Shown here: in pieces, positions 17,229 to 25,813 of the stretch
How the letters are laid out: every line of letters begins with the position of its first letter
How positions within the stretch are numbered: position 1 is the stretch's first letter
Virus record (IMG/VR): IMGVR_UViG_3300021066_000002
Coordinates: 1 to 51,049 of that record
Direction: 5' to 3' (one strand)
Source of the DNA: a virus
Taxonomy: Duplodnaviria; Caudoviricetes
DNA: 51,049 nt
Made by a program: the position numbers and the translations under genes
The notes under the pieces: generated by a model
The model's input: the letters and a program-made list of their open reading frames with translations, nothing else
What the model was told of the DNA's origin: nothing
The model's database searches: none

Positions 17229-17509
17229 GACGCCACCGTCAGCGGATACACCGCCGCCTCTACCCGGTCCTCCAGCGCGTCGAACGCCTTGAGGTTGGCG
17301 ATGCGCGCGCCGTCGAGGCGGCGCCACCGGTCGCAGTACGGCGCCGACAGGATCACGAGCCGCCAGGCCGGCGCGAAGCCGCCCGGCTGCGGATCCAGGA
17401 TCACCAGGCCGATGGTGCGCACGATGGCGCCTTCGGCGCGCTCCTGGCGCTCGAGGATGTGGCAGACCGTCAGGTTCGGGACGGGCTGCGGCGAGAGATA
17501 GAGGGTCAC
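17225..17509 (-). CDS. Hypothetical protein
   Basis: AAGGAG RBS 9 nt before GTG17509. Confidence 0.6.
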   Translation of the reverse strand: MTLYLSPQPVPNLTVCHILERQERAEGAIVRTIGLVILDPQPGGFAPAWRLVILSAPYCDRWRRLDGARIANLKAFDALEDRVEAAVYPLTVAS

Positions 17510-17524
17510 GGGCGGATACTCCTT

Positions 17525-17545
17525 TGTCTGTCCCAAAAAGCTACA
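17525..17545 (-). promoter_or_regulatory. 21-bp operator, leftward orientation
   Basis: Minus strand TGTAGC-TTTTTGGGA-CAGACA, overlapping a stop codon and abutting the next RBS. Confidence 0.6.
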
Positions 17546-17696
17546 ACAGGATCGCGGCGGCCCGGATCAGGGCGAAGCCGCAGAGAGACGCGACACCGAG
17601 CGCCAGGATGATCCTCCCGGCGTCGGCGATGCGGGAGCGGAGCCGGCGGGTCAGCCGGCGGCGCTTGTAGGTGCTCACGAGCTGGGCGCCGGTCAT
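17541..17696 (-). CDS. Small membrane protein
   Basis: Basic N-terminus and hydrophobic C-terminus; GGAGG RBS. Confidence 0.55.
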   Translation of the reverse strand: MTGAQLVSTYKRRRLTRRLRSRIADAGRIILALGVASLCGFALIRAAAILL

Positions 17697-17893
17697 TTCG
17701 TCCTCCCGATCCACAGTGCCAGGGCGCCGACGATGACGGTCACGCCGCGCATGTCCGGATCGGTGAAGGGCGCACGGCGGAAGGACAGCCATCCAACCTG
17801 GCGCCCTTGGTCGAACCACCGCCCGTCCTTGGAGCGCGCAGCGGCCGCGAATAGCTGGCCGACGCGCAAGGTGTAGATTTTGCCTGGGCTCAC
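17693..17893 (-). CDS. Hypothetical protein
   Basis: Overlap-coupled at both ends. Confidence 0.5.
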   Translation of the reverse strand: MSPGKIYTLRVGQLFAAAARSKDGRWFDQGRQVGWLSFRRAPFTDPDMRGVTVIVGALALWIGRTK

Positions 17894-18360
17894 GGCGCGC
17901 CTCCATCGGTGCGGGCGGCGTCCTTGAGCACCTGAGACAGTAGCGCGTCGGCGGCGTCAGCCGCGGCTTTCGGGACGGGCGATGCCTCGGCGCGCTCGGA
18001 CTTCTCGGCGGCGGTAGCCGCGTCGTCCTTGAGGATCCGGTCGGTATGGCCGGGACCGAAGCCGTTGGTCATGCTCTTGCGCCAGGCCGCGACGGTCTCC
18101 GTGTCGCTGTCGCTGACGGCAACGGCGACATTGGCGGCGCGGGCGTCGGCGCCGTTGGTGTGGTGCACCAGGGCGCCGCGCATGGCGCGCTCGGGGCCGA
18201 TGATGGCGGAGACACCGGTGGCGACGAACCGGGCGGTGCTGTAGGCGGCTTCGAGCGCCAGGCCGTTCGCGGCGGCGTTCTGCAGCACGGTCAGGTAGTG
18301 CACCGCCTCGGCGTCGGGGACGGCCAGGCGGAAGGTTAGGGTGACGTCGATCGTCTTCAT
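17890..18360 (-). CDS. Hypothetical protein
   Basis: AGGAG RBS before ATG18360. Confidence 0.65.
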   Translation of the reverse strand: MKTIDVTLTFRLAVPDAEAVHYLTVLQNAAANGLALEAAYSTARFVATGVSAIIGPERAMRGALVHHTNGADARAANVAVAVSDSDTETVAAWRKSMTNGFGPGHTDRILKDDAATAAEKSERAEASPVPKAAADAADALLSQVLKDAARTDGGAP

Positions 18361-18379
18361 GGTGGTATCTCCTGCTAAG

Positions 18380-18400
18380 TGTCTGTCCCGAATACCTACT
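18380..18400 (-). promoter_or_regulatory. 21-bp operator, leftward orientation
   Basis: Minus strand AGTAGG-TATTCGGGA-CAGACA; 19/20 identical to 29786-29805. Confidence 0.65.
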
Positions 18401-19190
18401 TGGTCGCCCGGATCAGGACGGTCCGGACCATGGTTCCAGCGTCTTTGAAGGTGCCTTCGGGGAGGTTCTCGCACACGGCGCGGATCTCTTGCGTCCAGCG
18501 GCCGAAGTCTTGGCATGCCTTCTCACCGGCAAACGTCCAATGCGGGCTCGTGATCGCGGCCAGCTTCCCGCCGGGGCGCAGCAGGTTCCAGGCGGCGCGG
18601 ACGTGGGCGATGTCCTGGTTCCGCGAGAACGGCGGGTTCATCAGGACGGCGTCGAAGGGCTCGTTGTGCTTCAACACGGCCGGCATGACCGGCTCCATGA
18701 AGTCGCCCATCCGCACGTCCACCCCGCCGCGCTTGTCGTTGAGGCTGCGCAGCGCAACCACGTTCGCCTCGTCGATCTCCACGGCGGTCACGCTGAGCGC
18801 GCCAGCGTCCAGCGCGGCGAACACGAGAGACCCCTGCCCGGCGCTCGGCTCTAAGACGTGGTCGCCGGGCTCGACTGCCCAGCGCGCCATGTCGACCGCA
18901 ACCTCGGTCGGCGTGTAGAACTGCTCCAGGGCCTTCTTGGTGTCGGTGACGGTTCCCGTTTCGATGGCGCGTTGAAGCGCCTCGGCCAGGCTCTCGGCGT
19001 CCCGTGTCCCGAACGTGTGGCCCTTCATACGCTTGTCCCAACGGCCGCCCAGCGCCATGAGCACCGTGTTCGCGGCGACGTAGTCGGCGCGACTGAGCCG
19101 CTCGGGAAGCTTGAGCACACCGCCGGAGAAGCTGGCCTTTGCCAGGATCGCCAGCGTTGCCGGCTCGATGTCGATGGTTGCGCGGGGCAT
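18396..19190 (-). CDS. SAM-dependent DNA amino-methyltransferase (probably N6-adenine)
   Basis: QFYTP, motif I VLEPSAGQG, motif IV NPPF. Confidence 0.85.
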   Translation of the reverse strand: MPRATIDIEPATLAILAKASFSGGVLKLPERLSRADYVAANTVLMALGGRWDKRMKGHTFGTRDAESLAEALQRAIETGTVTDTKKALEQFYTPTEVAVDMARWAVEPGDHVLEPSAGQGSLVFAALDAGALSVTAVEIDEANVVALRSLNDKRGGVDVRMGDFMEPVMPAVLKHNEPFDAVLMNPPFSRNQDIAHVRAAWNLLRPGGKLAAITSPHWTFAGEKACQDFGRWTQEIRAVCENLPEGTFKDAGTMVRTVLIRATK

Positions 19191-19296
19191 TAGATCCTCC
19201 CGAGGATCAGGCCGAGCCAGACGGAGGCGGCGCCGAGTCACATTCCGGCGAGCACGCCAGCGAGGAAGTAGACGCGGGGGTGGCGACGCATGGCGG

Positions 19297-19656
19297 CTAC
19301 TCCGACGTGTCGCAGGGATCACAGGCTGGATTGCCGCGCGCATGCCCGGCGCAGAGGCAGCCCATGAAAGCGGCGCACGGCGGGGTTTCTGTGCGTGGCT
19401 TAGCGTCGATGCGGTCGAGGAAGTCACGGACGGCGGCCTTGACGCCAGGCGCAACGCTGATGCTGGACGCGACCATCCGGAGGTAGTCGACAGCCTCGTC
19501 CCGATCGCTCCTGATCTTCTCGATCGCCTCGATCGCGCGGTTGGTCTCCGCCTCAATGTCGGCGTCTTGGTCCTGCTCCTCCTCCGGCACCGGCGCCATG
19601 TCTGGGCCTAAGGTGGCGATTAGGTCGTCCATGAAGTCGCAGGCGGAATAGGTCAT
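19297..19656 (-). CDS. Hypothetical protein with Cys-rich C-terminus
   Basis: GAGGAG RBS; CAAFMGCLCAGH...CDPC. Confidence 0.65.
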   Translation of the reverse strand: MTYSACDFMDDLIATLGPDMAPVPEEEQDQDADIEAETNRAIEAIEKIRSDRDEAVDYLRMVASSISVAPGVKAAVRDFLDRIDAKPRTETPPCAAFMGCLCAGHARGNPACDPCDTSE

Positions 19657-19675
19657 CGTCGTCTCTCCTCTGTCC

Positions 19676-19927
19676 TTAAAGTCGACGGGTGCGGCGGAGC
19701 CAGCGCACGAAAGCGACGGCGCGCACCGATGGAACGCTTCGCCAGTGGATGGTTGCGGTTCCGTCAGGCTCTACCGTGATGTCGATGTGGTCGTGCCAGA
19801 CGAAAGCGGGGCGGCCGGCGGCTAGGCGTGTCTCGTGGTCTGCGAGCTCGGCGGCGGGCCGGTGTAGGATCCGGCAGAGGTCGCGCGCCAGGGTCACGGC
19901 GGTTGCGGTTTGCGCGGGGGTGGGCAT
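19676..19927 (-). CDS. Hypothetical protein
   Basis: GGAG RBS; in operon. Confidence 0.6.
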   Translation of the reverse strand: MPTPAQTATAVTLARDLCRILHRPAAELADHETRLAAGRPAFVWHDHIDITVEPDGTATIHWRSVPSVRAVAFVRWLRRTRRL

Positions 19928-19936
19928 GGCGGTGCG

Positions 19937-20812
19937 CTACTCCGCCGGTGCCAGGACGCCAGCGGCTACCAGGGCGTCCCGAACGCGGGCATTAGCGCCT
20001 TCCTGGGTGTTGAACCGCTCGGGGTGGTCGACATCGACGGGCGGAAAGTAGATGACGCCTTCGGGGATGGTGTCGAGCGGGGCCGGCTGCGTGCTGCCGT
20101 AGGCGTACATCTGCCCCATATTCTCCAGGGTTGGCGAAAGACGTTCCCAGGCGGAGAAATTGATGCGGCGGTGCATGCCTGCGTGCATCATCACGAAAGC
20201 CAGGCGGTCGACGTCTAGAGGCTGGTCCGGCGCCTTGACGGTCACGCGGCAGGCGATGTTGTGGTTGGAATATCCCTTGGACACGGTGAGTTGCGCCGCG
20301 GTCAGGGCGACGCGATATCCGGCATCTTCCAGAGTGAGCGAATAGGCCAGGATCGCGGCGCCGCGGCGGAGATACTGGTCCGGCGTCCCGCCCGCACGGA
20401 TGCCAGGGGCGAACCAGATGTCAACGATTGGGCGTTGCGCGGTCGCGTCTACCGTGGGCGATACCATGCAAGCGGGTTCGCCAGCGACGGCCAGGGTGAC
20501 ATGCGGATAGGCTCCGCCGACGTCGAAACCGTCCACGCGCGCAGGCTCTGGCGGCTGAACCTGCATGGCGCGGGTGATCGCCTGGGCGATCTTCTGGCGC
20601 CCCTCGGGCCAGCCGTGCGTGATGAGGCTGCGGGCTTCGGCGTAGGTGTGTGTCCCGAAAAAGCCAGAGCTCCCGGCCTCTGTGCTGTGGTTATTGCGCC
20701 AACGGCGGGGGCTCGCGTCGATCCAAGACAGGTAGTCGGCCAGTGTCTCAAACACCAGGCGCGGGTGTACCGGGTCGGTAAGGTCGGTGGCGTCGGGCCA
20801 GAGGGCGCGCAT
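19937..20812 (-). CDS. vWA-like partner of the MoxR/CobS-type AAA+ ATPase
   Basis: TAATG-coupled to the AAA gene; GWPEG, RRGAAI, VKAPDQPLD patterns; no canonical MIDAS DxSxS. Confidence 0.6.
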   Translation of the reverse strand: MRALWPDATDLTDPVHPRLVFETLADYLSWIDASPRRWRNNHSTEAGSSGFFGTHTYAEARSLITHGWPEGRQKIAQAITRAMQVQPPEPARVDGFDVGGAYPHVTLAVAGEPACMVSPTVDATAQRPIVDIWFAPGIRAGGTPDQYLRRGAAILAYSLTLEDAGYRVALTAAQLTVSKGYSNHNIACRVTVKAPDQPLDVDRLAFVMMHAGMHRRINFSAWERLSPTLENMGQMYAYGSTQPAPLDTIPEGVIYFPPVDVDHPERFNTQEGANARVRDALVAAGVLAPAE

Positions 20813-22176
20813 TAGGCTGCCTTCCGCTCGGTCGAGGCCGACAGTGCGCCATGCACCTTGGCGTGCGCCTGGGTCACGTCGGGCGCGTTCGCAATCTTGC
20901 TCGTCTGTTCCTGCTCAAGGCCGCGCCACACAACGCTGTCGATGACGTCGGCCAGTGCCTCGCCAGCGCGGAGCAACGCCAAGCCCTGCAGGGTCGCGCG
21001 CGGGGACACAACGTGAAGGATTTTCAGCAACCGGGCGGAGGCGCGGACGGCTTGGATGTACGCTACCCAAGCGGTCGAGAGTTGGTCCGTTCCCGCCAGG
21101 GTCTTCTCTAGGCTCGGATCGTAGTCCATGGCGATGGTGACGAACCGGTCACGGCTCGCCGCGTCCAGTTGGTTCCGGCCGACGTATTGCCGATCGCGCC
21201 CGGCGCCGTAGGTGTTGGCGGCCGCGATGACGCGGAAGCTCGGATGGCGCTTGACCATGCCGTCGGGGAAGTCGGCATAGCCGTTCGCGAGCGCGGCGTT
21301 GAACGCCAGGAGCGCGGCGGGGGCCGATGCGTCGATTTCGTCGAACAGGAACAAGCCTCCCTGCTCGAAAGCCCGGCGGAAGGCGGTCGGCGCGTAGGCG
21401 CCTTGGGCGTCCCGAAAGCCAAGTAGCTTGTACGGGCTGTCGACCGCGCCGGTCATGTAGAAGTCGAGCGAAAGCGCTTCGGCGATCTGCTCGGCAATCG
21501 TCGTCTTGCCAGAACCGGCCGGGCCGACAAGCAGCAGGTTCAGGCCGGCGCCAAGCGCGCGCAGCGCGCGGGGGAAGATGGCATGGCGCGGCGCAGCGGA
21601 GAGCGTCACGGGCTCTTTGCCGGCTGCCTGGATCGTGATGACGTGTTCCACCGTCTCGGGCTTCGGCGCGTGCTTAGGGGCTTCTTGCGCGATGAGTTCC
21701 AGCACGCGCGCCTCGTCCAGCGGAGCGGCGGCGGGAGTGCTAAGCGCGCTGATAGCTGCCAGGGCGTCGGCTAGCTTGCTGGCGGCGTCCTGGGCGGCGT
21801 TCCCGGACGGCTGGGCGGTTGGCATGGGCTGGGGCGCCTCCTTGGGCGTCGCGGGGGCGGAAAGGGGCTTGGGCGCGTTCGCCGGCGGAAGCGGCAGGCC
21901 GGAGAGCGTGGGGCCGGTCGGCTCGGGCGGCGTTGCCAGCGCGGTAGTCGGGACGGCGGCGGCCGTGCGGGCCTTGTGCAGTTCCCGGTCGCTGGTGTCG
22001 TTGTAGATCGTGTCGAGCGCGCCAACGGTGAGCGACTTGCTCCAGATGCTCGGCACGCCGGAGGCGATGAGCCACACTTGCGCCAGGGCGCGGTTCCCGC
22101 TGTTGATCGGGGTGGCGCCTCGGGCGCCTAGGTCGCCTTCGATGTCGGCAGGGGTGCGGCTGGGGGTGCGAGACAT
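20812..22176 (-). CDS. MoxR/CbbQ/CobS-like AAA+ ATPase
   Basis: GPAGSGKT, LFDEID, AANT, YVGRNQLDAASRDRF, SPRA. Confidence 0.87.
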   Translation of the reverse strand: MSRTPSRTPADIEGDLGARGATPINSGNRALAQVWLIASGVPSIWSKSLTVGALDTIYNDTSDRELHKARTAAAVPTTALATPPEPTGPTLSGLPLPPANAPKPLSAPATPKEAPQPMPTAQPSGNAAQDAASKLADALAAISALSTPAAAPLDEARVLELIAQEAPKHAPKPETVEHVITIQAAGKEPVTLSAAPRHAIFPRALRALGAGLNLLLVGPAGSGKTTIAEQIAEALSLDFYMTGAVDSPYKLLGFRDAQGAYAPTAFRRAFEQGGLFLFDEIDASAPAALLAFNAALANGYADFPDGMVKRHPSFRVIAAANTYGAGRDRQYVGRNQLDAASRDRFVTIAMDYDPSLEKTLAGTDQLSTAWVAYIQAVRASARLLKILHVVSPRATLQGLALLRAGEALADVIDSVVWRGLEQEQTSKIANAPDVTQAHAKVHGALSASTERKAA

Positions 22177-22205
22177 TGGGGCGGTTTCTCCGGCTTGGCT
22201 GCTTG

Positions 22206-22237
22206 TGTAGGTTGTTGTTGGGAGACAACATCCTACA
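22206..22237 (-). promoter_or_regulatory. Operator variant in the divergent intergenic region
   Basis: TGTAGG (22206) and TGTTGG (22216) phased by 10 bp, plus inverted CCTACA (22232). Confidence 0.5.
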
Positions 22238-22292
22238 GAATAGGCTAAGGTCTGTTCACGCAAAGATTGCATGGCTGATAGGAGAGCGACGC

Positions 22293-22868
22293 ATGGCGAC
22301 GCAAACCCCTGGCGACGCTACGGATTTGGCGGTTCGGGACGGTTCGGGACAGGGAGGAGACGGTGTCTCGTTGACTGAAATGCAACGTTATTACGTTGCT
22401 GAATTCGTCGCCAATGGCGGCAACGGATCGGCTGCGGCTACGGCTGCCGGGTACTCGGCGCCCGGGCAAGAGGCGTACCGCTTAAACCGGCTGCCCCATA
22501 TTCAAGCGGCCATCCGAGCCGAGCAGTTGCGGCTAATCGGGACAGAGGGACTAGCTGTAGGGGTTCGCACCCTCTTGCAGGTAGCCGGCGACCTTGGCGC
22601 GCCGGCCGGCGCCCGTGTCCAGGCTGCCGGAAAGCTGGTTGACCGGGCCTTGGGAGCAGTCACGGCGCTGGCGCCCGACAAAGACCAGGCCGGCAAGCCT
22701 CTGACGGCGCAAGCCCTTGCGGAGCTGCGCCAGGGCTTGGCAGGCGATGCGGCGAAGCTGGCGGAGTTGCTGGGCCAGGCTGCCGGCCAAGCGGCCGCAG
22801 TGGTCGACCTGGCGCCCGTAGCGCCCGAGGTAGCGCCCCACTTGCCTGTCGGGCAACGCAGGAAGTAG
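22293..22868 (+). CDS. terS: Terminase small subunit
   Basis: LTEMQRYYVAEFV...AAATAAGYS HTH pattern; AGGAG RBS. Confidence 0.75.
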   Translation: MATQTPGDATDLAVRDGSGQGGDGVSLTEMQRYYVAEFVANGGNGSAAATAAGYSAPGQEAYRLNRLPHIQAAIRAEQLRLIGTEGLAVGVRTLLQVAGDLGAPAGARVQAAGKLVDRALGAVTALAPDKDQAGKPLTAQALAELRQGLAGDAAKLAELLGQAAGQAAAVVDLAPVAPEVAPHLPVGQRRK

Positions 22869-23135
22869 CTGCGGCACAGGCATTCGGGACGGGTTCGGGA
22901 CAGTCTAGCCAAGACTGGCGCAGCGCAGCTAGGGCAGCGATGCTGCCGCTCTGCCCTGCCCATGGCTGCGCCGCCTGCCCTGCTCGATCGCCCGTCCACC
23001 CTCCCGGGGGAGGGCGCGCGCGATCGCGAAATCCCTACCGGCTACCCCTACTAAAATTTTCGGCTCAAAAATCTTGCAGTGTCTGGTGATGTCTGGCATT
23101 GTCTGCCTCGCACATCATCACTACTTCGGCATTTA

Positions 23136-23265
23136 GAACGCCCTAGTCGCGCCAACGACTAGGGCGTTCGCGCATTCCGGAAGGCGCCGCCGAACGGGCC
23201 GACAACTGGCCCCGAAACCCAGGGTGGCGCTAGAACCGCCAGAGGTTCGGTCTCTCCGCCTTCCG
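23136..23265 (+). ncRNA. Candidate structured RNA
   Basis: Perfect 14-bp hairpin (23136-23169) followed by a nested four-stem fold (23178-23265). Confidence 0.35.
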
Positions 23266-23336
23266 CCAACCGCGCCTAGCGCGACTCCGCCGCGTCTGGT
23301 ACTGTCGGCCACCAATTGCCGACAAAGGCCGGGCCC

Positions 23337-24644
23337 GTGAGCAGCTCTCCGACGCCATACACCATCGGCTACAACTTCACCGCCTTCCAGGCGGCGGATC
23401 CTGACACGCCGTTGCCCGCGGACATGCTCGACGCCGAGCACAGCCTGATCCGCACCAGCCTCAACCAGACCATCTCCCGCCTCGCCGAGATCCAGCGCTC
23501 CGACGGTCGCCTCAAGAATGCCGTTGTCCACCCCGACAGCTTCACCGCCGCATCGCTGGCGCTGATGGCCTCCGGCACCTGGCGCGTTCGTGGTGCCTGG
23601 CTGACCGCCACGGCCTACGCGGTCAGCGACCTGGTTTCCGAGAGCAACGGCGTCTATGTCTGCGTCACCGCCCACACGTCCGGCGTCTTTGCGACCGACC
23701 TGGCGGCCTCGAAGTGGATGACCATCCAACAGCAGGCCGCGACTTCGACGACGGTCTCGTTCACGCCCGCCGGCGGCGTTGCCGCCGCCACCGTCCAGCT
23801 CGCGATCGAGGAAGTCGACAGCGAGGCGGCCAAGAAGGCGTCCAACCTCTCCGACCTTTCTTCGGTCGCCACGGCGCGAGCGAACCTGGCGCTGGCGCGC
23901 GGCTCCTCGCTCCGCGGCCTGGTCGTCAGCAACAATGCCGGTCTCCCCAATACGCGCATCGACGTAACCGCCGGAGAGTGCCTGGACAGCACTGGCGCAG
24001 TCCTCATCGTCGGCGGCGCGATGACCAAGAAGATCGACGCGGTGTGGGCGGCCGGCGACACGAACGGCGGCCTGGCGACCGGTGTCGTGGCGGCCAACAC
24101 GACCTATCACTTCTTCGCCATCCGCAAGGACAGCGACGCGACCGTCGACTACCTATTCGACACCAGCCTGACCGCCGCAAACAAGCCCGCCGGCTACACC
24201 TATTTCCGCCGGCTCTGGTCGATCATGACCGACGGTTCGAGTAACATTCGGGCGTTCATCCCCGAAGGCGACTATTGCAATTGGGTGACGCCACCGCTCG
24301 ATCTCGGCGGCGCAGCGACGTCGGCCGCCTGGACCCCGCTCTCCCTGACGGTCCCCTCTGGGATAAGCGTTATGGCCTTCGGCACTCACCAGAACGGCGG
24401 CGGCGCACCAAACAACTGCGGCCACTTCAATCTGCGGATGTCCTCTGTCGGGGCCGACGTCAACCCAGCGGCGGACAACGGTGGTGCCATTTCCGGAGCT
24501 GTCGGCAGCAGCGCGGACGAGACACACGGCGCATGGGGTCCGGTGCGGACGACCACCGCGCGTGCGGTTGACTATTACACGTCAGCACCCACCCCGTTCC
24601 TCTACATCCGCACGCGCGGCTACATCGACCAGCGGAGGATCTGA
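23337..24644 (+). CDS. Tail fibre / spike protein
   Basis: N-terminal anchor; CBM5/12-like GAWLTATAYAVSDLV...YVCVTAHTS; NLSDL..VATARANL motif; variable C-terminus. Confidence 0.75.
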   Translation: MSSSPTPYTIGYNFTAFQAADPDTPLPADMLDAEHSLIRTSLNQTISRLAEIQRSDGRLKNAVVHPDSFTAASLALMASGTWRVRGAWLTATAYAVSDLVSESNGVYVCVTAHTSGVFATDLAASKWMTIQQQAATSTTVSFTPAGGVAAATVQLAIEEVDSEAAKKASNLSDLSSVATARANLALARGSSLRGLVVSNNAGLPNTRIDVTAGECLDSTGAVLIVGGAMTKKIDAVWAAGDTNGGLATGVVAANTTYHFFAIRKDSDATVDYLFDTSLTAANKPAGYTYFRRLWSIMTDGSSNIRAFIPEGDYCNWVTPPLDLGGAATSAAWTPLSLTVPSGISVMAFGTHQNGGGAPNNCGHFNLRMSSVGADVNPAADNGGAISGAVGSSADETHGAWGPVRTTTARAVDYYTSAPTPFLYIRTRGYIDQRRI

Positions 24645-24985
24645 TGCCCTTCGTCACACGCAACGGCGCGGGCGCTATCGTCGTCGCCTTCGAACAGGAG
24701 CAGTTCCCCGGGCAGGAGTTCGCCACCGAGGCGGCCGTTGCCGAAGCGCTCGCGCCCAAGCCCCCAGGATACCGCCAGCGCCGCGCCGTTGCCTATCGTG
24801 ACCAGCTCGGCAAGGACCAGGGCGACTTCATCAAGACGATCGGCGACGTCCTCGACGTCCTGATCGCCGAGGTCGAGGCGATCGGCCAGGCGACGCAGAC
24901 GCCGCGCACGCCTGAGTTCGAGGCGCTGCTGAACAAGGTCATCGCCATCAAGGCGGCGATCCCGAAGCCGGAGGGCGCGCCATGA
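24644..24985 (+). CDS. Putative tail fibre assembly chaperone
   Basis: Follows the fibre gene; YRQRRAVAY...IKAAIPKP pattern. Confidence 0.6.
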   Translation: MPFVTRNGAGAIVVAFEQEQFPGQEFATEAAVAEALAPKPPGYRQRRAVAYRDQLGKDQGDFIKTIGDVLDVLIAEVEAIGQATQTPRTPEFEALLNKVIAIKAAIPKPEGAP

Positions 24986-25170
24986 CGGCACGCATCGGCG
25001 GCCCGGAGCCACGCCCCGACTGGAGCAACACGCCGCCGAACGAGCGGCGCGACCCGCCGAAGTACGAGTACCAGCACCACGCCGGCGAGAAGCGCGCCCG
25101 CGGCCCGCTGGCGCTTGCCTTCCTCGTCCTCTCCTCCCTCCTCGCTCTTGTTGGGTTGTCGCAAAAATGA
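24982..25170 (+). CDS. Small membrane protein
   Basis: ATGA coupling; hydrophobic C-terminus. Confidence 0.5.
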   Translation: MTARIGGPEPRPDWSNTPPNERRDPPKYEYQHHAGEKRARGPLALAFLVLSSLLALVGLSQK

Positions 25171-25370
25171 CCGGATCGCACCTGGAGACCTGCAAGACGG
25201 TCCTGGACATCGGCTGCGCCGCCGTCGCCTGGAGCGCCGTCGCCGGCATCCTGCCGCCGCTCGCGGCGCTCGTGACGATCGTTTACGGCGTGCTGCGCAT
25301 CCGCGACCTGTTGGAGCGCCGCGCCGCCCGCGGCCGCCGGCACGACGACCCGAAGGACGCCGACGAATGA
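25167..25370 (+). CDS. Holin-like small membrane protein
   Basis: ILPPLAALVTIVYGVLRI transmembrane segment with charged tail. Confidence 0.55.
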   Translation: MTGSHLETCKTVLDIGCAAVAWSAVAGILPPLAALVTIVYGVLRIRDLLERRAARGRRHDDPKDADE

Positions 25371-25813
25371 GTGCCGCGATCTCGCCGGTCAAGCCGTCCG
25401 ACCTACCTGACGCCGAACAGGCCGCGGTCAATCTGGCGGCGCTAACCGTCCCCACGCGCGACGAGATCCTGGCGGCTTGTGAGCGCCGGATAGCAGCCAT
25501 AGAGGCAACGTCGCCGCTGCGCGAACTGGTGTACGTCGACGAGATCACCTTCCCGATCGACGCCCTCATCGCGACGAACCCGCACTGGACCAAGGTGCAC
25601 GACGGCGTTGTTGACCACGGCGCTCTGGCGTCCTTGATGCGCGCCGAGTACGAAGCGATCCGGGGTCTGCCGGCGCCGACCGTGTACTTCCTCAACCCGG
25701 CCTATGTCGCTCCGTGGTTCCGCGCGATCGAGGCGCAGAAGCGCCACGCCGAGCACCGCCGCGTCATGCTCTGGAAGTACCGCAAGCTGCGGGGAATGCC
25801 GCTGCCGGCATGA
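25367..25813 (+). CDS. Hypothetical protein
   Basis: ATGA-coupled at both ends. Confidence 0.6.
   Translation: MSAAISPVKPSDLPDAEQAAVNLAALTVPTRDEILAACERRIAAIEATSPLRELVYVDEITFPIDALIATNPHWTKVHDGVVDHGALASLMRAEYEAIRGLPAPTVYFLNPAYVAPWFRAIEAQKRHAEHRRVMLWKYRKLRGMPLPA

Noticed and set aside
7102-24644. Diversity-generating retroelement or invertase-driven fibre switching
   Set aside because: No reverse transcriptase, no serine invertase and no template/variable repeat pair noticed
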